Source of the DNA: Cladosporium halotolerans
Lineage: Eukaryota
Assembly: GCF_011745625.1 (NCBI RefSeq)
Contig: NW_027191479.1
Location: 124,001-188,000, forward strand
Length of the DNA: 64,000 nucleotides
Direction: 5' to 3'
The position numbers and the translations under genes are program-made. The notes under the pieces are model-generated. The model saw only the letters and a program-made list of their open reading frames with translations, was not told where the DNA came from and searched no databases. This document shows positions 19,811 to 30,745 of this stretch, piece by piece. Each line of letters starts with the position of its first letter. The first letter of the stretch is position 1.

Positions 19811-22316
19811 GCGCGCGCAGGATGGCGGCGGACTGCCACCGCTGCCACACCCTGAACGCGCGTGGCCTGCGCGCGCGTGGGGTCGCCGGCTGCTAGTGCT
19901 GCTGCCGACTGCTAACGCGCTGCCGACGCTGCTGCCACCTCCCACCACCGCCTCCCTCACTCCCGCTCCCGAACGCCTCGCGACATGGGGAATCGTCCCC
20001 GGTGTCGAGCTCAATCTCGCCCGCCAGCTAGTACGAGTCCCTCGCCGTCTGCCCAGCAACGCTCGTCCGCGCCGTTGCGACGCTGCCGCTATCGCCGTCT
20101 GCATCTGTCGCGGTCTCCGCCCGCCCACGCCGCATCCCCCAATATGCGCCTGCGCCCTCCGCCAAACCTTCGGCTGTCATGTCTCACACCTTGACTCGTC
20201 ATGCAAGACGTCGCGGCACGAGTCCAGCGTCTTGCGCGCCAGCTCGTGCTCTGCCTCGCCTTCTTGCGACGCGCGCCGCACCAGGCGTCATCTCGGTACG
20301 GCTAGCATGGCATGGCGCTCGCGCAATCTGGCCTGAGCTCGGCAGGCCTGTGCCGGATCGTCCAAAGCCGCTGGACAGTCCCGCCAGGGCAGCACCAGTG
20401 AAGAAGGCAGCTCGGCCACCTCCCCACGTCTGCGCCAAAGCAAGTGTCAAAGCTACACACACGCCGCACCTGCGTCCGCATCAGGCAAACTCAAAACACC
20501 TCCTAGCACGACGCCTTGGTGGAGGTTTCGGTCGCAGCATCTGCATCAACTCCGGCAAAACTCCCCTCCTGCCACTCTCGTCGTGCCTTATCGCTCCGCC
20601 TCCTCGCGGATAATTGGGCAGGCCCTGACGCTTCACCAGCGCGACGAAATTCCCCCCCTGGCAGTGGACCGATTCGGCCCAGCGTTGCCCGAAAACAAAC
20701 CAACCCCCCTTCCCCAACAGAAAACCACTCCCACTTCACATGCTTGATCTCGCTTGCGCCCTCAACCGTCCAAAGACGTCTCCACGTCCGCTCCGCCCTT
20801 GCCTAGGGCACTTTCGAGTTCGCGGTAGTCGGTCCAGAGGTGCCGCCTCCCTCCGTGCCGTCCTTCTTGCTTGGCTCCTGCCTGCCGTTCCCATCTCCCA
20901 GGATTTCTGTCCCGGGAGCGAACTCCGTGATGATTGTGTTCTATCTCAAACCCGCCCGCGCGGAATCCTCACGCCACAACCTTCGTAAGCGAGCCGACTG
21001 CACGATAGGCGAGCCTACATATGCTGTCGACGCCCACGCCGTTCCCCAGATGTAGGCATGCACCGCAAGCGAACTTGCCTTTTAACAACTATAAGCGGCT
21101 TTGCCATTTTGCATGTATCCTTCGCTCGCCTCCGCCCGCCGCCATCGTCCATAGTGGGCGCCACGGCCTCTCACGCAGACATGCCACAGAAGTCACTAGA
21201 TCTCACGGCGCGGTAAGGCAACGGAAGGAAGGTATCCTAGCAAAACCGTAAATCCGCCCACTCCCCTCGTGCATTTTATACTTTTTGGGCAGCAACCGGA
21301 AAGCACAGCAGCACCTGCCACGCCTGCAACGTTCAGGGTCCCTGCTACCTACGACCTGCGCTTAACATCGACGCTCAGCGGCTCCCTCTCGTCTAATAAA
21401 GTAAGCCCCGGCCGCACCTCGCGTGGCATTTGCCGCCGCGCGCGCGCGCCTTCGAGCTCCAAGCTTTCCCTGCAGCGTTGCATCAGGTATACTGCCGTTA
21501 GGCCCGCCGATCCTCTCTGCAGGCTGCCTGCCTGCAGGACGTCGGCGAATGTAGGGAAGGATTCGAACTCTCGCGTCTAGAGACGGGCCTTCTTTTTTTT
21601 TTTTCTCGAGCGTTTCGTGTGGTGAGCTTGACATGTGAACGTGGACGGGCTTGGGCTTTTTGCGGTTCTTGGGTTTATTTCGATTTCGATTTCTCCCGGC
21701 CCTTGGTTGGTGCGTGACTCCGCATTTGTGGGCTTGATGTCTTCAGAGCTGCTGCCCCTGGCTTTTCCGGTGGTGATGTTTCTGGGAGCTTGAGGGTTAG
21801 GGTTGGGGTCAGGTTTTGGTTTCGGATTCAGTCGATGGCATTGTGAATGTATTGGAAGGAACGGGTCTGTCTGCTTGAACGGACTGAGAGACCAATCTTT
21901 GAGATTCCCAGAAGATCTTTCGTCTATTGCCTTTCGACGAAGGGTTCATGGACAGCCTTGGGTTCGTCTCGCACGCTCAATCCAGAGCAATGCTCTCAGC
22001 GTTGTTGAACATCGACACAAAAAGTAACCGCTACAAGAATCTCGTAAACAAACCGTCTTCCAAACTACCTCCGCAGTATTTGAGAACGTCTGCGGTCCAT
22101 CTCCGTCTCCAATCACTGCTGCCGCCTAGTTGTACCCTCTGCACATCTTCCGTCTGAAGACAACATCAATTCCAACCATCACAATCCTCCCCTCTGCCCC
22201 ATCCACGTCCACAAACCGCCTCCCCCTCCCCTTACCCTCACCAAAACCCTCCCAACCCCTAAAAAGAAACATCATCCCTCTCTCCCAAAAGAGAGGCCAT
22301 CAGAAACCAAAAGAAA

Positions 22317-22424
22317 TTCCGACGCGGGGAATTGAACCCCGGCCTTGTCGGCACTGATCCTCTGAGCTCTTGAGAGGAACCGAAGATTGAGAGCGACAAA
22401 TCCTAGCCACTAGACCACATCGGA
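22317..22424 (-). tRNA. tRNA-Glu(CTC) with a canonical intron of about 36 nt after position 37
   Basis: Acceptor stem TCCGATG/CGTCGGA, A-box TGGTCTAGTGG, anticodon stem TGTCG/CGACA with CT-CTC-A, T-arm CGGGG-TTCAATT-CCCCG, downstream TTTCTTTT Pol III terminator. Confidence 0.93.
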
Positions 22425-22475
22425 TGTGATGATGTTTGGTGTCTTTCGATGAATAGGAAGTGAATTTTTGGTTAT

Positions 22476-23700
22476 ATGAAGCCTTTGCAAAAACACGAAA
22501 GCAACGAGAGGGAGTGCTGTCATGGTACGTTCGAAACAGAAGTTCATTCCTTGATATTTCCTGTGACTGATCTCATGACAGGTGGTGGAATCAACGGTTT
22601 CCAAAGATCTCTATGCGCAGCAACCAACGTTCACATTGGCAGTCTCATGTGGGGCCCAGGTGGCAAGTCCAAAGCGTGTAACAGCAAGTGTCCTGCCGGC
22701 TGGGTCACCTCGTCGAAGAATTCGCACATCACTGGTCAGAAGGTTGAATGCAAGAGCGGGCGATATGCCCCCTTGTGCGCACAATATGTGATCATCCGAC
22801 CGAACTCAAGGTCATGTTCTGCGACGCCCGCTAGTCATCTCCTTTCTGGTGGGTTTTCGCAACACGAGGATCTCGATGGCCTCTTCGAATTTGGCTTCAC
22901 AGGTGGCGGCGGAGATCCGACCAGGTCTGGGAGTTTTGGAAGTGTGTCACGCAGACAAGCATCGCACACGGAAAACAAACGAAGCGTCCACGGAACTCAT
23001 TTCGACAAATTATGTAAGGGCATTGAACTCGTGGGCCTCGATCAGATACCCGCAGACGTAACCGCGCAGATTCAACAAGTGAGGTTGGGCGACCACATCT
23101 CTTTTGGTTCGATGAATGCCCGGATCAATACTCTCGGGCTTGTCATCCCAACATTATCTACAGCGCCCGTCACGATACACACAACAACAACAACAACATA
23201 CTCAACGCGGCCTCGTACCTGCGATGGTACTAGATACCCATAAGCTTGCTCACTACAGTTCGGTGATCACCCAACAAGGAGATCCCGCTTCATTGCTCAC
23301 ATGCTCCAATATACCAGTGTCGTCAGATGCTCGACCTCTGACTTCGATCTACAGAACCAAACAACACAAGGAGCTTGAGCTGCTGGGCTACACAAAGTGC
23401 GCGATACCTGAATGCGAGGCAGAACACGCGATCTTGAAAGAGCGACAGGAAGCATTGGCTCGACTTCCCGATCGTGAGGAATCTGGCGTGTCTACCGCAG
23501 CATCCACGCCGACGACTGCATATGATCTGCCTGCATCAAAAGCAAGGGCTGTGCTAGAGCATCCTATGGCTACGAAAAGCGCTACAAGATCAGACGTCCA
23601 TCGCCGACGACACGCCCGCCACGCACATCACCATGGACACTGATTCCGACACCACCACCGATTTAGTGTACACGCTTGAATGCGCACAGATTATGATTCA
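22476..23700 (+). pseudogene. Decayed fragment of a Cys-rich secreted protein resembling the C-terminal part of large GH18 (subgroup C) chitinase-type proteins
   Basis: Cys-rich CNSKCPAGWV...CKSGRYAPLC and a Thr tract, then TCDGTRYP-TAA-AC and a frameshift into HYSSVI...RPL..Y..QH. No signal peptide or catalytic domain present. Confidence 0.5.
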
Positions 23701-23770
23701 GCCCTTCTATTAGGTGATTGGCTCTAGCTTATCTTGTCCATAATCAATTCTGATCCATGCTGGCATCCCA

Positions 23771-24639
23771 TCAAGTCGACTGCCTTGCTTTGTCCAATTC
23801 TTGGTCCAAGGGCTCAAGGACCTCCGTCACATACTTCGTGCGCTTGTCGACAAATTCGCTCGAACGAAAATTTGTCTGTGCGACAGCATTCACAGCCCAT
23901 CCGCACTCAAGGTACAGTCCTGCGAGTCCAGTGGTAGCCTTCCATAAGTTGTAGCTGGCTTGATGTTCCGTCTCGGTCTTCGATTGCCACCGTTTCGGGC
24001 TAGAGTCTTCGTTCGTTCTCACGAACCTGTCTCTTGGTAAAGCTACACGGTGGAGTCCACGAAAATCGTCTAGTAGCGACTGAAATGCTTGGCGGGGCGG
24101 TAAGGGCTGCAGGTGCAGAAAATCGTCGCCATCATCGTTGATAGGGTTCCAGACATACACGAGTTCTATTTGAGGAATGTGTTAGCGATTCCGCTACAAA
24201 GACAACTTCAAAGTGGAGACGACCGACGTTTCTCTGCATCATATATATATTCCCATCCATTGAAATCCTGCCACGTGAGTCGCAATGCCGAAGGCGGCAT
24301 AATGGTTTCGTCTGAGGACATTTCGCGCATGTACGTGAAGTTATCCTCATCAAAATGTAAATACGACAGTGGGAATGTGCTCCCCACGATCTCGATGGTC
24401 CTTTGCCCCATGTCAGGCTCGCTGTCATGGAGATAAGGCAAGGCAGACATGACGAGTACGGCATCCTGGGCAAAGCCTGCTGCAAGAGCAGCATCTGCAT
24501 CAAAGCTGGTTACCGGATGGATCCCAGTATCAGCGGGTGGCAATCGCAGAGCATCAGGCTCGACTACAGCAAGTTTATCGACCAGAGTCCACAGCTCGGT
24601 CATGACGGCGAAGAGCTCGCTGTGGTCGGCGAGCTGCAT
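23771..24639 (-). CDS. Hypothetical protein (about 268 aa); intron 24166-24227
   Basis: Two ORFs joined in frame (YDAEK Q LVYVWNP) by a GTCGGT..CTAAC..TAG intron; globular-looking composition. Confidence 0.7.
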
Positions 24640-24914
24640 GTTGGCAGTACACGGGTCAAATCAAAAACGAAGGGAAGGTCAGGCTTCAAGAAGCGCTAGG
24701 CGGAGAAGCTGGGTACTAAGGAGAGCGATCTTGAAGCGCGCAAGCAGTGCTAATAAGTTTGTCATGATCTAAAGCGGCCGGCTAGTGTGTATCTGCGAGG
24801 CACAGTCGCACAGGGCCTAGAGTTTGTTTGCCGCCGACCCTGCAAGCCCGGGGCCCTGCTTCCGCTTCCGCTTCGCTTCGTGTCTCCACTCCTAATACAT
24901 GATTCTGCCTCGGG

Positions 24915-25050
24915 GCCTATACTAATTAGGCTAGTGAATTAGCTGAATCTCAGCTGGTAAATTATTAGTATTTTGAAAGGATAATCTATTTTATATTATA
25001 TAAGAGAGAATTAGCTATATAGGGCTATATACTAAGCCTCAGCTATCACT
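24915..25050. mobile_element. Short AT/TpA-rich RIP-like repeat scar
   Basis: Abrupt switch to AT-rich, TA-dinucleotide-rich and CpA/TpG-poor sequence (tatactaattaggctag...ttttatattatataag...ttagctatatagggctatatactaag) in a GC-rich genome. Confidence 0.45.
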
Positions 25051-25065
25051 CCTTCTATCCGTAAT

Positions 25066-25088
25066 AGGGAGGGAGGGAGGGAGGGAGG
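25066..25088 (+). repeat. (AGGG)n microsatellite / G-quadruplex motif
   Basis: agggagggagggagggagggagg: five GGG tracts with 1-nt loops. Confidence 0.8.
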
Positions 25089-25769
25089 TAGATAGGTCGC
25101 AAGATCTTGATTTTGCTTTCATTTTCTTTTTCTTTTGGGGTACAGTTCACTTACGTGTGAACCCATTGGGAAGGTGCGATGGGGGCGTGACTTCCGGATT
25201 GGGACTGGGCGGGCAAGTGAAGTGAAGATATTTGGTCTTGGGTGTGCCGCAACATGTGTCCGGGGACCAGATTCCGCAACTATTCCATGCTTGAGACTCT
25301 CAATCACTATTTAACTGGCACAGCCGAACGGCCAGCAGTCATTTGATTGGAAGTCGGATACAAGACTTGTTTCCCCAATGCGTTAAGAACGGAGGCAGCC
25401 TCCAACGCCAGGGGTCGGTGATGGCAATAGGGACTCGGAGATGTGGTGAATTTTGCTGTTTAAGCTCGTCCGCCCTCTACCAAAATGTGGGCGAAGAGCG
25501 AGACCGTGATGCACTCACTCAGTTGCCAGGGCTGTTTGGGCTTGAACGGGGGACTGCCAGAGGACTACCTTCGACACCTCGATGCTAGCGGCATAGTCTA
25601 CACCAATGCGGGTGCACATATTGTGAGCGATACAATTGGACTTGCGAAACCATCATGTGTCTGTCTAACAGTGTATACTAGAAATAGACTCATCAACCCA
25701 AACGCATCGACACTTCATAGCACCACAGCACCACCGGAAAACCCGAAAGACACCACCACCATACCACAT

Positions 25770-27433
25770 CTACACGACAGCAGACGGCGTCGACGGCTTA
25801 TCCTTAAGCACAAGCTCGAGCTTCTTATCCTTAGGCGTGATGACTACAACACAACATTAGCACTCGCGTCACACACACTCTCATCGGACACTCTCTCAAG
25901 AACTCACCAAAGTAATTCACCAACTCACTCGGCGCCAACGGCTTCATGCTCTCCGCCAACCGCGCCCCCTCGCACTGCCTCAAGAACATCGCCACGCCGT
26001 ACCGCAGCTCCATCCACGCCAAGTGCACGCCCAGACAGGTGTACGCGCCCGCGCCGAACGCGCTGTTCGTCGCTTTCGCGCCCTTGGGGTTCGCTGTGCT
26101 GCCGGTCGGGTCGTCGAGGAACCGGCTCGGGTCGAACTCGAGCGGGTTCGGGTACAAGCTCGCGTCGCGGTGGTAAGTCCAGGCTTGCGTGGACACGACG
26201 GTGCCTGGAGCGAGGTAGTGGCCGCACATGGTTGCGCCCTGCGCGGGGACGACGCGGGGCAGCGAGCCCGGGACCGCGGCATAGAGGCGCAGGGTCTCGT
26301 TGATGGTTGCGTTGAGGAGGGGGAGGGCTTCGAGGTCGGCGTCTTTGAAGCCCGGGGAGAGAGAGCGGGCTTCGAGCTCGAGTTTCTCGCGGAGGGCAGG
26401 GCGCGTGGCGATGTTCCAGAGCGTGAAGGAGAGGGTATTTGCTGTGGTGCCGGAGCCGGCGAAGATGAGGCTAGTTGCTTCGACTTGCACGTCGAGGTCG
26501 GAGAGGGCGGCTTTGCCGCCGCCTTCTTTGGCAGATTCGTCGAGGACGGAGCTCATGAGGTTGGTCGTGTTGCCGGAGTCTTTGGCTTTCTTGGCGTTCT
26601 CGACCGCTTTCATGCCGTGTTCCAGGATGTAGTTGGTGCTGTTGAACATTTGGTTGAGCTTCTTGACGGGGAGGCGGGAGAGGAAGGCGCGCATCCAGGG
26701 GTGCTCGGCGCCGATGCCGTTGCCGATGAGGGCGAGCTCGAGGATCTTGATGTATTCCGTGCGCTGAGTCGGGTTAGTGGGAGGTCTACTGATCTCATGT
26801 GACAAGACTTACATCTCCAAGCTCAAGCAGGCCGAAGCTCTCACCAAAGCCCAAGCAGCCAACGATATCAGCACCCATCAATGACCACCACTTGAAGACA
26901 TCAACCTTGCCACCATTGTTGGAACCATCCTCGACGATCTTGTCGACAGCAAGCTGAACCTTCTCACGGACAACATCTTCGAAGTGCTCCCTCACGTGGG
27001 TCTTAGAGAAGCCCTTGGCAAACAGACGTCGACGGACGCCGTGTGACTTGGAATCCCTGAGGGTGAAGACAGAGTGGACGGGGAAGTTGGTCAGCTTGGT
27101 GTAGAAGTCACCCTTTGTGTAGCCACCGGCGACGGCGTGGATCTGACGGAAGGCTTCGATGTCGAAGATGGCTACCTCTTCCGGTGAGATGCGAACGACC
27201 GGGCCGTATTTCTTGTGGAGCTCGTCGATGTAGAAGATGCGTTTGCCTCCCGTCACGGCAGACTTGAGCTGACGGTTGCTGAACAGCGACATCCATGGGC
27301 CAGGAATTGACTTCAGCGGCGAGGTGAGAGCGGTGTAGAGACAGCTGATAGCGTAGGTAGCAACCAAAAAGGCCACTGCTGCAAAGCCGAGTTGCAGGTG
27401 GCTCATGTCGGCCACCATGGTTGAGAGACTCAT
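25770..27433 (-). CDS. Cytochrome P450 monooxygenase; introns 26764-26812, 25844-25907
   Basis: N-terminal TM plus SIPGPW, LHKKYGPVVRISPEEV, I-helix IFAGSGTTA, ETLR, PSRF, heme motif AFGAGAYTCLG. Confidence 0.92.
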
Positions 27434-29240
27434 TTTGGCGGTGCAAGATGCAAGAGGAGAAAGAAAAGAGGCTCGACAGACAGCAAGAACGGCGCTCTAA
27501 GAACTACAGAAAGACCGTGAGCGAGCGCTGCGAGATGGACACACCTTTAAGACGGACCTCCTGCCCCCGGCGGTCAATCAGTGTGCGCATCCTCACCGAT
27601 GATTCAGATGCATCTCATCGCAACAACGAGGAGCCGAAGACACAGGCGGGTAGCGGGGAAAATGCAAGCAATATGGCACCCTGAGGCTCGCATCTCGAGA
27701 GGCTCAGCCACTGCGGCCACTCAGAGGCGAGATATTCCCCAGGATCATCCCGTTAGGTGAAGGTCTGTACGGTTCAAGCCACGGACATTGTCGATCATTG
27801 CATGCGCGGCTACTCGATCGGGCTTCCTGGGCCTTGGCTCCCTAGGCCAAGCTCATTCGGAGGTTTGCTAGTCTGCTAGGCCTGAGTCAACTATAGGCCG
27901 TATAATACCAACGGTGAAGGTCATTGGTGAGGACGCCTGATAGTCGGACACACGTCCTGTGACTTGTAGACCGCCTAGAAACAAAATCTCGTCCCGCTGG
28001 CAACTGCAGACTCGGCTGCGACAACGGAGTCAAGCAATGAGAAACTCTTATCGTCAGCGGCGTGGTGCTTAATATCGACGCATGGTAAGACGGATGGCGT
28101 TTATCCTGGTAAAAGCCCGAGCCGCGTCAGACGGGTTCGCATGCTCACGTGAAGGTCATCCTAGGCCGCATGCAGCAATTGAGGGTGCGAGAAACGGCAG
28201 ACGACAGCAGGTGATGTGCGTTTCCGTGGTTCGTCCTGCGTGTCCGAAGACGGTGGGAGCTGTTGTGACGCAGCATTTCCACCCCCGGACTTCCCCACGC
28301 AAGCCGTGGCGTGGCGCGAAGTGGTGGCTGGCAGCACCAGACATCAACAACACACACGGGACGTTGCGGGCGCGAACGGGTGACTGCCGATCGCCATATT
28401 TGCTTGTCATTCCTGGGATCCTTCGGACGTCGGCCGTGTTTGCTGAGCTCCATCATTGCGAAGGTGGATCGCGATATTATTCGTGGGATGTTGCACTGCA
28501 GCGGATGTACCTGCGTGCACGGCGAGGGAACGGATCCTTCGGACTGCCCGCCGCGATGCCGCGATGCATGTGCCAGACATCGTGACGCCTTTTCGTTGAG
28601 ATTCCGGGACGTGAAAGAGACGCCGCCTGCGGAGAGCTCAGCATCCCACCGATTTCTCCAATTATCTTGGAACGTCCGATAAGCGAATTTCTAGCCTTGC
28701 AGTGCATCCTGTCTTTGTTCCGTGGACTGTCGCCTCTCATACACGCAGTCGGCGTGAGTCAGCTCCCCATATTGCAACTGGTGCTCTACGATAGACATAT
28801 CAAGCCTTGGTCGGCCAGAATGTACATGTTGCTGCGGTCGTGAAGAAGCGCAGGTGTGCCTCACGCGCAAAGCTCAGTGCCATTGGGGGAAGGTGGAAGA
28901 TCGACAGCCGGGGTGGAGGATTTCGGCAACTTCACCTTGCCAGGATGACACCATACCTACGCCCCACGTGCCCGCAAGCACGTCTCTGGTGGTATGCCTC
29001 GAGTACGCCAAGTCACGGCTACGATTGTCGAAAGCAGACTTCAATCTATCGCAGGAGGCCTTGCAGAGCTACAATCCCTTCACCCGCCCACGTGGCTTGG
29101 AGAGTTGGGCAGTCATTGTGGCAGAGTTTTGACTTACCATGTCTTATAAGCGTGGGATAATCGTCCTGATTTCCATCTTCTTCATTTGTTCAGTGTATCA
29201 GTATTCGGTTGCATCAAGCGAGGCGAAGGGAACGCCCAAT

Positions 29241-30535
29241 ATGAAACGCTCAATGGTGAGTTGGCTCCCTGTGGCAGACGAGGAGTGCTCTCCGGACGTG
29301 CTCTCCGGACGCTCTGTGCAGTGAATACTCGCCGCTGGACCCCGCCGGCCGCGCAGCCATTGAATACATCAGCCGTGAAGTATATAAGTCAAAAACTAAC
29401 CACTCGGCAGATGATGGCCTCGATGGCTGGGCTGTCCCAAGCAGCTCTTGTTGAGTACGGTCGCAACCACAGCGAGATCCGTATGAACCAAATCCAGGTC
29501 GTTGGAACGCACAACAGTTACCATCGCGAGATCAACATCACTACCGAGCGTGCTGCTTTCGAGGAGTTCCATGACAACGAGAAGAACCTCTACTACTCCC
29601 ATGCGGATCTGGATCTTCAGCTCGACCAGCAGAGTGTCCGCTCTCTGGAATTGGACCTGCACTCGGATGTCAACGGTGGCCTCTACGCCGACCCTCTCCT
29701 CTGGCGCATGGCTAATCTGACCAATGTGACAATTCCTTTTCACGACCCGAACATGACCAAGCCCGGCCTCAAGGTCTTCCACGTGACTGACGGCGACCCT
29801 CACTCCGTCTGCCACACTTTCCTCGAATGCCTGTGGCAGCTCAAAGGCTGGTCCGACAACCACCCAAACCATCTCCCCATCCTCATCGACCTCGAGCTCA
29901 AGATGGAGGCCCCCGCCTGCGGCAAAGGCGGCGTCTGTGCCGAAGAAGCCCTGAACTGGACGCTCCCGCGCATCCTCAACGTCGACTCTGAGATCCGCAG
30001 CGTCCTCCCGCCCAGCCAACTCATCGTCCCCGACGACGTTCGCCAGGGTAACCTCACGCTAGAAGAATCCGTCCTTCAGCACGGATGGCCTACTCTGGCC
30101 AGCTCGCGCGGCAAGTTCATGTTCTTCTTCGACAACGAGCCCGACTCCGGCCCTCCCGGCCTCTACAGCGGCGAAGGCCACGAGTCGCTGCAGAACCGCA
30201 CCGTCTTCACCAACGGTGTCGAAGGCCAGCCGGACGCGGCGTTCATCAAGAAGAACGACCCTACCGACACCGCGGAGCTTCAGCGCTTGGTCCGCAAGGG
30301 CTACATCATCCGCACTCGCGCGGATGTCCCGCTCGACACTGTTCTCAGCCGCGACACTTCGATGCGCGACCTGGCTTTCGAGAGCGCGGCGCAGATCGTC
30401 AGCACGGATTACCCTGCTTATGGCATGTCGAGCAGGTGGGACTGGGATTACGCTGTCCAGCTTCCTGGAAGGGCTGTTGCTCGGTGCAATCCGGTTTCTG
30501 CCCCGGAGTGGTGCGAGGACAGCGCACTTGAGTAA
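29241..30535 (+). CDS. Secreted Ca2+-dependent phosphatidylinositol phospholipase C-like protein (bacterial SaPLC1/PI-PLC-C1 type); intron 29256-29410; alternative in-frame start 29139
   Basis: IRMNQIQVVGTHNSYH, YSHADLDLQL, VRSLELDLH, PGLKVFHV, WSDNHPNHLPILIDLELK, GYIIRTRAD, AQIVSTDYP. A phase-0 GTGAGT..CTAAC..CAG intron gives the signal-like N-terminus MKRSM|MMASMAGLSQA. Confidence 0.8.
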
Positions 30536-30745
30536 AATCGTAAAACCTGAGACCTAGGCATCTATACCTATGTATGTTAATACATAAATGCCGTAACCCT
30601 CTAGAAGCCCATGACATATCCGTATGACATATTCGTTCCTTTCATAGCACACCTCACATATTTTGAACTGATGAACTCTCGTGTGTGAAACGCCAGGTAC
30701 ACCCAGGTCATCCACATCGTAATCAGCAACAACGCTCGATCTCTC

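Noticed and set aside
19763..22160. Several 60-150 aa ORFs upstream of URC4
   Set aside because: Low-complexity Arg/Ala/Pro translations expected from very high GC; no coherent gene model.
28082..29132. ORFs between the P450 and the PLC
   Set aside because: No motifs or codon bias; most likely divergent promoter sequence.
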